DNA of 64,000 nucleotides from Alphaproteobacteria bacterium (lineage in GTDB: Bacteria > Pseudomonadota > Alphaproteobacteria > MPNO01): positions 544,001-608,000 of the forward strand of contig OZ219866.1 of NCBI GenBank assembly GCA_964291675.2, written 5' to 3'. Below the pieces are notes generated by a model. It saw nothing but the letters and a program-made list of their open reading frames with translations, had not been told where the DNA came from and searched no databases. Both the position numbers and the translations under genes were made by a program. This document shows, one piece after another, positions 9,051 through 16,401 of this stretch (its first letter is position 1; every line of letters begins with the position of its first letter).

Positions 9051-10049
9051 CTAGCGCCCCGTCGTGAGCACCATCTTACCCCGCACCCCGTGCTGCTGGA
9101 ACATCGGGATCACCGACTGGAAATCCTCCAGCGGGCGGACGCCGGTGACCTGCGGGTTGATGTCGCCGCGCTCGCACATCGCCATCAGCTCGGCGACCGC
9201 GCCCGCCATCAGCTCGGGCCGGTGGCGGAAGTGGAGGTCGAGCGCGACCCCCATCATCGTCAGGTTGCGCACGTTGAAATAGCCCGCCTTGGCCTCCGGG
9301 ATGCGCCCGGCGGCGAAGCCCACGGCGAGGATCCGCCCGGAGAAGGCGAGCGCGCGGATCGCGGCATCGAAGAAGTCGCCGCCGATGGGGTCGAGCACGA
9401 TGTCGACGCCGCGCCGCCCGGTCGCCGCATAGACCTGCTCGCGCAGCGAATCGCGGACATCGTCGCCCGACAGGTCGATGACGTGATCGGCGCCATGCGC
9501 CTCGATCAGCGCCACCCGCTCGGGCGACATCGAGGTCGACCCGGCGATCGCGGTGGCGCCGCTCGCCCTGGCGATCTCGATCGCGGCCAGCCCGACGCCG
9601 CCCGAGGCGCCGAGCACGAGAACGGTATCGCCGGCGGCGATCCGCGCCCGGACGACCAGCGCGACATAGGCGGTCAGGTAGGTGGTCATCATCCCGGCGC
9701 CGGTCACGAAATCGACCTTGTCGGGCAGCGCCCAGCAGCGCTCCTTCGGCACCGCCCGCCGCTCGGCATAGGCGCCGAAGGTATAGACCGAGGCAACCCG
9801 GTCGCCCGGCCCGACGTGGCTCACATCGGCGCCGACGGCCGCCACCACCCCCGCCGCGTCGCGGCCCGGCACGAACGGCGTCTCGGGCTTCACCTGGTAG
9901 CGGCCCTGCATCATCAGCGTGTCGGGGTAGTTGAGCCCGATCGCGTGGATGTCGATCAGCACCTCGTCCGGCCCGGGAACCGGATCGTCCACCTCTTCCA
10001 GCCCGTGCGTCTCCAACGGCCCGAACTCGCGGACGACCACACCGCGCAT
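9051..10049 (-). CDS. NADPH:quinone oxidoreductase (MDR family)
   Basis: GLNYPD, PFVPGRDAAGVV, VLVLGASGGVG, GKMVL. Confidence 0.9.
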   Translation of the reverse strand: MRGVVVREFGPLETHGLEEVDDPVPGPDEVLIDIHAIGLNYPDTLMMQGRYQVKPETPFVPGRDAAGVVAAVGADVSHVGPGDRVASVYTFGAYAERRAVPKERCWALPDKVDFVTGAGMMTTYLTAYVALVVRARIAAGDTVLVLGASGGVGLAAIEIARASGATAIAGSTSMSPERVALIEAHGADHVIDLSGDDVRDSLREQVYAATGRRGVDIVLDPIGGDFFDAAIRALAFSGRILAVGFAAGRIPEAKAGYFNVRNLTMMGVALDLHFRHRPELMAGAVAELMAMCERGDINPQVTGVRPLEDFQSVIPMFQQHGVRGKMVLTTGR

Positions 10050-10123
10050 GACGTTCTCCCCCTCAGGATTGCGGCCGGGAACCTATCACCCGGCCCGGCC
10101 CGGCGGAAGCCGCGGCCCACGGC

Positions 10124-10152
10124 TTGACCCCCGCCGGGCGCGCGAGGACTAT
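10124..10152 (+). promoter_or_regulatory. Putative sigma70 promoter for the CoA ligase
   Basis: TTGACC-N17-GACTAT about 30 nt upstream of the ATG at 10185. Confidence 0.45.
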
Positions 10153-10184
10153 CGCGCCGGTTTTGGCCAGGGGAGCACGAGGCC

Positions 10185-11765
10185 ATGAAGCGGCGCGTCG
10201 GCGGGACCGAGCCCGGGGCCGAGCACGATCTTGCGATCCCCTTCACCTCGGTGAGGGCGCTGCTCGATGCCTACAGGGCGCGCGATGCGGACCGGGTGGC
10301 GCTGGTCGACCTCGACCAAAGGAGGTCGATCACCTGGGGCGAGCTTCACGCGGAGGCCAACCGCATCGCCAATTTTCTCGGCCAGCGCGGCATCGGGCGG
10401 GGCGACTATGTCGCGGTGCTGTCCGACGAGCGGCTGGAGAAGCTGATCCTGTGGATGGGGATCTGGCGCGCCGGCGCGGCGATCTGCCCGATCAACGTCG
10501 AGATGAATATCGGCTATATCGCCCGCATCCTGCGCGCGATCGGCCCCAGGCTCACGCTGTGGCACGAGGCGATGGACGGACCCCGCATGACCGACGGCGT
10601 GGACGGCGAGATCCACCGCTTCGGGAGCTGGCGGGGCGGCGCGGACGCGGACGGGTTCTTCGCGCAGATCGCCGCCGTCCCGGCCGCGCCCGAGCTCGAT
10701 TTCGACAACGCGGCCGACGACATCGGCAGCATCTACTGCACGTCGGGCACCACGGACGAGCCCAAGCTGTTCGTCTGCGACATGCTGGGGCACTGGCTGT
10801 TCGGGCTGTCGACGATCGACTTTCTCGACCTCACCGAGGCCGACCGCACGCTGGAATACCGCTCCTTCGGCTGGAACTCGGCCCAGGGGGCGAGCCTGCT
10901 GCCGTGGATGCAGACCGGCTGCACGCTCCATTTCGCGCGGCGCTTCTCGCACAGCCGATTTTTCGAGTGGATCAGGGACCACCGGATCACGTTCGCGATC
11001 GGCATCCCGACGGTGATCAACATGCTGCTCGACGACCCGGTCGAGATCGACCGCGCGGACATCGCCTCGCTCCGCTTCATGAGCTCGAGCACCGCGCCGC
11101 TCGCGCCCGAGCGCTGGCAGCAATTCGAGGACCGCTACGGCATCGGCCTCTTGCAGTTCTACGGCTGCTCGGAGGGCGGCTGGGTGTGCGGCAACCGGCA
11201 CGACTACTGCCGCAAGGGAACCGTCGGCCCGCCGGCCAAGCACCAGGAACTGCTGATCGTCGACGAGGACGGCAAGCGCTGCCCGCCGGGCGTCGAGGGC
11301 GAGGTCACGCTGGGCGGTCCGCAATGCGTGGTCGCCGCGATGTCGGTCGACGGGGAGTGGGAGGAGTTGAAGGGCCGGCGCATCCATCTCGGCGATCTCG
11401 GCGTGATGGACGCGGACGGCTTCATCACCGTGACCGGGCGCCTCAAGGACCTGATCATCCGCGGCGGCGTCAATATCGCGCCGGCCGAGATCGACAACGT
11501 GCTGCTGCGCCACCCGGGCGTGCACGAGGCCGCGGCGGTCGGCGTGCCGGATCCGATCTACGGCGAGGAGGTCGTCTGCTACGTGGTCGGCCGCTCCGGG
11601 GCGCGCCTGACCGAGGCCGAGATCGCCGAGCATTGCAGGGCCAGCCTGCCCGACTACCGGGTGCCCAAGGAGGTCCACTTCGTCGATGCGCTGCCCAAGA
11701 ACGACCGCGGCAAGGTGCGCCGGCCCGACCTGCGCGAAATGTGGCAGGCGGCCCGGGCCGGTTAG
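10185..11765 (+). CDS. Class I adenylate-forming enzyme (acyl/aryl-CoA ligase)
   Basis: P-loop YCTSGTTDEPK, FYGCSE, HLGDLG, GRLKDLIIRGGVNIAP, LPKNDRGKV. Confidence 0.9.
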   Translation: MKRRVGGTEPGAEHDLAIPFTSVRALLDAYRARDADRVALVDLDQRRSITWGELHAEANRIANFLGQRGIGRGDYVAVLSDERLEKLILWMGIWRAGAAICPINVEMNIGYIARILRAIGPRLTLWHEAMDGPRMTDGVDGEIHRFGSWRGGADADGFFAQIAAVPAAPELDFDNAADDIGSIYCTSGTTDEPKLFVCDMLGHWLFGLSTIDFLDLTEADRTLEYRSFGWNSAQGASLLPWMQTGCTLHFARRFSHSRFFEWIRDHRITFAIGIPTVINMLLDDPVEIDRADIASLRFMSSSTAPLAPERWQQFEDRYGIGLLQFYGCSEGGWVCGNRHDYCRKGTVGPPAKHQELLIVDEDGKRCPPGVEGEVTLGGPQCVVAAMSVDGEWEELKGRRIHLGDLGVMDADGFITVTGRLKDLIIRGGVNIAPAEIDNVLLRHPGVHEAAAVGVPDPIYGEEVVCYVVGRSGARLTEAEIAEHCRASLPDYRVPKEVHFVDALPKNDRGKVRRPDLREMWQAARAG

Positions 11766-12043
11766 ACCGAAACCGTACCGCCTGCTGCCTCACGGTCTGT
11801 TTTCGCTATGGCAACCGGTGATCGATTGTTTCGCCGGAAATGCCGGTTTCCTTTGCAATTCGCGCCGGGGGCCGTAGATTTGGCGCCCGGCCCGGGCCGC
11901 AGCCCGGGCGGGTTCTTGCATGAGAGCAAGGCGCGTGGCGGCGGGATGGGCCCGCCGCCCGTTGAAGCCGCCGACGAACGCGGCCACACACGGCTCCGAC
12001 CGCCGACAAACGCGGTCATGCGGAGACGCCAAGAGGAGACCTC

Positions 12044-13621
12044 ATGAGCACGGCCAGGAAGGAAGCGCTCGGCGCGCCCGCCGAAGCGATCAACGATTTG
12101 CGCAACTCGCTGGAATGGCTCAGGTCGGAAGGCGACCTGATCGAGACCGACAAGGAGGTCGATCCCGACCTCGAGCTGACCGCGATCCAGAAGCAGATGG
12201 ATGGCGGCTGCCCGATCCTGTTCAACCACGTCAAGGGCAAGCCCAACCACCGCCTGCTCACCAACCTGTTCGGCGACATCGAGGTGATCAACAAGATGTT
12301 CGGCTGGACCGACAACACCGACCGCACGCGCCGGCTCGCGCATGCGCTATCGCACCCGCTGCCGCCGGAGGTCGTCCCGCAGGACCAGGCGCCCTGCCAG
12401 CAGCACGTGATCGAGAACCCGGTCGACGTCAACGAGCACATGGTGCCGATCCGCCACACCACCTACGAGCCCGAGCTCACCGTGGGGTCGGGCAACCGGG
12501 TGGTGACCGGCGATTATTTCGACGGCGGCTCGGATCTCGGCTACAACCGGATGAACTTCCGCTGGGGCAATGTCGGCACCTTCCAGATCTCGCCCGGCTC
12601 GCATATGTGGCAGGTCGTCTCCAAGCACTACAAGGACGACACGCCGGTGCCGATCACCATGTGCTTCGGCGTGCCGCCGTCCTGCACGCTGCTCGCGGGC
12701 GCCGGCTTCGACTACGTGATCCTGCCGCAGGGCTGCGACGAGATCGGCATCGCCGGCGCGGTGCAGGGCTCGCCGGTGCGCATGGTCAAGGCGCGCACCG
12801 TGGACGCGCTGGCGCTGGCCGATTGCGAGCTCGTGCTGGAAGGCTATGTCAACCCGCGCGACCGCCGCTACGAGACCGCCGAGGCCGAGGAGGCCGGGGT
12901 CCAGGGACGCTTCCACTTCCACCCGGAATGGGCCGGCTATATGGGCAAGGCCTACAAGGCGCCGACCTTCCACGTCACCGGGGTGACCATGCGCGACCCG
13001 GCGACCAAGCCGATCATCTTCGCGCTCGGCGTCCACACGCTCGACGACCACAACATCGACACCACGGTGCGCGAATCCGCGATGTTCGAGCTGTGCGAGC
13101 GCATGCAGCCCGGCATCATCCAGGACTGTGTCATCCCCTACTGCATGACCGACTGGGGCGGCGCGATCATCCAGGTCAAGAAGCGCAACCGGATCGACGA
13201 GGGCTGGCAGCGCAACTTCATGTCGGCGATCCTGTCGACCTCGCAGGGCTCCAGGCTCTGCATCGCGGTCTCCGAGGACACCGACCCCTACGACATGGAC
13301 GACGTGATGTGGTGCCTGACGACAAGGGTCAACCCGCATACCGACATCCTCAACCCGATCCCGGGCGGGCGCGGCCAGACCTTCATGCCGGCCGAGCGCA
13401 TGACCGCCGGCGAACGCGAATGGACGGCCTCCAACACCCGGTTCGAGGGCGGCATGGGGATCGACGCGACGGTGCCGTTCGGCTTCGAGAGCGACTTCCT
13501 GAGGCCGGTCTATCCGATCGAGAAGGTGACGCTGGACGACTTCTTCACCGACGACCAGATCGCCAACGCCAAGGGCCGCATGAAGGGCTGGGTCCACTCG
13601 CTGGCGCGCACCGGCCGGTAG
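12044..13621 (+). CDS. UbiD-family prFMN decarboxylase, phthaloyl-CoA decarboxylase (Pcd/PhtDa) type
   Basis: 525 aa; GYNRMNFRWGNVGTFQISPGSHMW, FHFHPEWAGYMGKAYKAPTF, GMGIDATVP and C-terminal SLARTGR, which I recall as typical of the phthaloyl-CoA decarboxylase clade; GAGGAG RBS. Confidence 0.85.
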   Translation: MSTARKEALGAPAEAINDLRNSLEWLRSEGDLIETDKEVDPDLELTAIQKQMDGGCPILFNHVKGKPNHRLLTNLFGDIEVINKMFGWTDNTDRTRRLAHALSHPLPPEVVPQDQAPCQQHVIENPVDVNEHMVPIRHTTYEPELTVGSGNRVVTGDYFDGGSDLGYNRMNFRWGNVGTFQISPGSHMWQVVSKHYKDDTPVPITMCFGVPPSCTLLAGAGFDYVILPQGCDEIGIAGAVQGSPVRMVKARTVDALALADCELVLEGYVNPRDRRYETAEAEEAGVQGRFHFHPEWAGYMGKAYKAPTFHVTGVTMRDPATKPIIFALGVHTLDDHNIDTTVRESAMFELCERMQPGIIQDCVIPYCMTDWGGAIIQVKKRNRIDEGWQRNFMSAILSTSQGSRLCIAVSEDTDPYDMDDVMWCLTTRVNPHTDILNPIPGGRGQTFMPAERMTAGEREWTASNTRFEGGMGIDATVPFGFESDFLRPVYPIEKVTLDDFFTDDQIANAKGRMKGWVHSLARTGR

Positions 13622-13819
13622 GGCCGGCGCTCACCGGCCACGGCGACGACGAGGCGGCCTCCGGGCCGCCCCTTCAATTTCGAGCCATGCGCAAGCGGTT
13701 TGCGCCCAATACTGCCGCCCATACCCAGGCCTTCACTTTCTTCGGCTGATCCGAACGCCCGTCCCGGGTCCCGCTCCTGGTCCGCGGCATTCCTGCTTTC
13801 GCCGTGCCGCGGCCTCCGG

Positions 13820-14221
13820 TCAGGTGCCCTCGATCTCGTGCCGAGCCGCCGTCGCCAGGAAGGCCGACCGGGTCATGCGGCGCTGCCTTGCCTCGTCGTC
13901 GATGGCCTCAAGCAGACCGCGGTCGAGGGAGATGTTGACCCGTCGCGAGGATCCGCGGTCAAGGAGGAGCGGGATCAGCACGAAGTCGGCGCCGCGCCGC
14001 CACTCGGCGATGTCCGGGTCGGCCTTGATGGCGTCGATCGAGCGGGGCGCCGGAATCGACTCGCCGTCGTTGCGGAGTCCCTCGACGTGGAACGCGAGGG
14101 CTTCGCCGCCCTGCCTGACGGCGTCGTCGACCGTGTCGCCGACAGAGACGCAGCCTGGAAAGTCGGGGAAACTTACCCCGTATCCGGCATCGCCCCGGTG
14201 GATGAAAGATACGTAGCGCAT
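13820..14221 (-). CDS. hicB: HicB antitoxin (with C-terminal RHH domain)
   Basis: YGVSFPDFPGCVSVGDTVDDA...EALAFH...RVNISLDRGLLEAID...TRSAFLA. Confidence 0.92.
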   Translation of the reverse strand: MRYVSFIHRGDAGYGVSFPDFPGCVSVGDTVDDAVRQGGEALAFHVEGLRNDGESIPAPRSIDAIKADPDIAEWRRGADFVLIPLLLDRGSSRRVNISLDRGLLEAIDDEARQRRMTRSAFLATAARHEIEGT

Positions 14222-14234
14222 CGCTTCGTCCTCT

Positions 14235-14426
14235 TTACGCGTTCCAGCCCGCTTGCCGGTAAATCGACGCCACCGTGCCGCGCGGGATGTCCTTGTTCGG
14301 GTGCGGCACGGTGACGCGGCCCGGTTTGGCAGGATGCTTGAACTGCCAGTGGCTGCCCTTGGTGGCGACACGCACTCAGCCGTCCTGTTGGAGCATCCGG
14401 ATGAGCCGGCCGCTATTGCGTTCCAC
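14235..14426 (-). pseudogene. hicA: HicA mRNA interferase interrupted by an in-frame TGA at codon 17
   Basis: MERNSGRLIRMLQQDG*VRVATKGSHWQFKHPAKPGRVTVPHPNKDIPRGTVASIYRQAGW; the GSH and VTVPHP motifs are intact; the stop at 14376-14378 falls where DGW is expected. Confidence 0.85.
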
Positions 14427-14439
14427 AACCTGTCCCTTG

Positions 14440-14459
14440 TTGTGTACAAATGTACGCAA
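14440..14459. promoter_or_regulatory. Inverted repeat, probable HicB operator
   Basis: TTGTGTACA-AA-TGTACGCAA (one mismatch) immediately upstream of the hicA start. Confidence 0.6.
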
Positions 14460-14562
14460 TAACCAGGTTCGGGCAACGGGTCCGACCCAGCGACCGCGGC
14501 GATGGGCCTCCGGCCATTCGGGATTGACTTCGTTCGGATGTTCCGGTCGCCGCGGCGCGAAC

Positions 14563-16143
14563 TCACCCCCCGCGCAGGCGGAAGCGCTGGATCTTGCCGG
14601 TCACCGTCTTGGGCAGCGTCTCGACGAAGTTGAACCAGCGCGGGTACTTGTAGCGGGCGAGCGCTTCCCGGCAATGCGCCTTCAGCTCGTCCTCCAGCGC
14701 GGCGCCGGCATCGCCCGCATCGTTGAGCACGACATTCGCCTCGGGCTTGATCAGCCCGTCCTCGTCGGGGCGGCCGACCACCGCGGCCTCCAGCACCTTG
14801 GGATGCTCGATCAGCCGGGCCTCGATCTCGAACGGCGAGCACCACAGCCCGCCCACCTTGATCATGTCGTCGCCGCGCCCGCAATTGACGAAATAGCCGT
14901 CCTCGTCCTGGTAGTACATGTCGCCGGTGTCGAGCCAGTCGTCGCCGAGCATGGTGGCGGCGGTCTTCTCGGGGTTGTTCCAGTAGAGCTTGGCCGCCGA
15001 CTCGCCCCGCACCAGCAGCGTGCCGATCTCGCCCCGGTCGACGTCCTTGCCGTCCTCGTCGACCAGGCGGACCTCGTAGCCCGGCACCGGGCGGCCGGAC
15101 GAGCCGGGCTTCCAGTCTTCCTCGGTGTTGGAGACGAAGATATGGAGCATCTCGGTCGAGCCGAGCCCGTCGAGGATCAGCGTCCCGGTCCGCTCCTTCC
15201 AGCGCAGCATCACGTCGCCCGGCAGCGCCTCGCCGGCCGAGATGCAGATGCGGATCGAGGCGAGGTCCGGGCTCGCCCCTTCCATCGCGTGGAGCTGCTG
15301 CGCATACATCGTCGGCACGCCGAAGAACACGGTCGGGCGCAGCGCCGCGATCTCCTCGAAGGTCATCTGCGGCGTCGGTCTCCGGCCGCTGAGCCCGATC
15401 GTCGCGCCGACCCAGAGCGGAAACGTCATCGCGTTGCCGAAGCCGTAGGAGTGGAACAGCTTGCTCACCGAGAACACCGTGTCGTCCTCGCGCAGCCCGG
15501 CGACGATGCGGCCGTAGCGCTCGCTGGTGCACACCATGTCGCGGTGGTGGTGCACGACGCCCTTGGGGTTCCCGGTCGAGCCCGAGGAGTAGAGCCAGAA
15601 ACAGTCGTCCATCGCCGTCGTCGGCGCCGGGTCGAGCTCGGCGGAGGCCGCTTCCGCCTTCTCCCGCAGCCCGCCTTCGCCGTCGACGAGCAGCACGACC
15701 GCAGGTTTCTTCCCGGCCGACTCCAGCCCGGCCTCGACCGCCTCGGCCCATTCGCGGCTGTAGACGATTCCGGCGCAGCCCGAATCCTCGATCAGGAACT
15801 CGTAGTCCTGCGGCCGCATCATGGTGTTCACCGGAACCGGCACGATCCCCGCCTTGACGGCGCCGAAGAAGCAGAAGACGAACTCGGGGCAGTCCTTGAC
15901 CACCATCAGCACGCGGTCGCCGGGGCGGATCCCCTCGCCGAGCAGGGCGTTGCCGGAGCGCGCGACCTGCTCGGCAAGCACCCGATAGCTGGTCTCGCCG
16001 TCCGCGGTGCGGATCGCGGTCTTGTCGCCGCGGCCTTCCTCGATATGCCGGTCGACGAACGGGACGGCGGCGTTGAAGACGTCGGAAAAGACCAGCCGCG
16101 ACGGCGTTGCGGCCTCATCGACCCGAACGGTGTTGTCCCTCAC
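14563..16143 (-). CDS. Benzoate-CoA ligase family protein
   Basis: FNAAVPFVDRH, FWLYSSGSTGNPKGVVH, SKLFHSYGFGN, ILDGLGSTEMLHIF, LPKTVTGKIQRFRLR. Confidence 0.92.
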   Translation of the reverse strand: MRDNTVRVDEAATPSRLVFSDVFNAAVPFVDRHIEEGRGDKTAIRTADGETSYRVLAEQVARSGNALLGEGIRPGDRVLMVVKDCPEFVFCFFGAVKAGIVPVPVNTMMRPQDYEFLIEDSGCAGIVYSREWAEAVEAGLESAGKKPAVVLLVDGEGGLREKAEAASAELDPAPTTAMDDCFWLYSSGSTGNPKGVVHHHRDMVCTSERYGRIVAGLREDDTVFSVSKLFHSYGFGNAMTFPLWVGATIGLSGRRPTPQMTFEEIAALRPTVFFGVPTMYAQQLHAMEGASPDLASIRICISAGEALPGDVMLRWKERTGTLILDGLGSTEMLHIFVSNTEEDWKPGSSGRPVPGYEVRLVDEDGKDVDRGEIGTLLVRGESAAKLYWNNPEKTAATMLGDDWLDTGDMYYQDEDGYFVNCGRGDDMIKVGGLWCSPFEIEARLIEHPKVLEAAVVGRPDEDGLIKPEANVVLNDAGDAGAALEDELKAHCREALARYKYPRWFNFVETLPKTVTGKIQRFRLRGG

Positions 16144-16401
16144 GTCTCCCTCCAGCGGCGGCTCGCCCAGCGTGCATCTTGGGTTCTTGCGCCGCGCCGG
16201 GCAAGCCGCGGAAACGGGGCCGCCGCGGCTTGACGCCGCAAGGCGAAATCGTATTGATAGGCCGCGAATCTACACCAAGTTCAGCGCGCGATTTGCCAGC
16301 GCCCTGCACTCTGGATCGCTGCCGCGCCTTGCCGCGCGGCGCCGGACCAGCCGAGCGGCGGCGGCCTGCGGCGGGACGGCCTCGACAGGAAGAACCAGGC
16401 G

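Noticed and set aside
12044-13621. Ubiquinone-biosynthesis UbiD or furandicarboxylate decarboxylase HmfF
   Set aside because: Lacks the usual EGPFG motif and instead shows the HPEWAGYMG/NFRWGNVG pattern of the aryl-CoA decarboxylase clade
14376-14378. hicA TGA as a second selenocysteine codon
   Set aside because: The position corresponds to a conserved aromatic residue (Trp), not Cys, and no convincing SECIS follows
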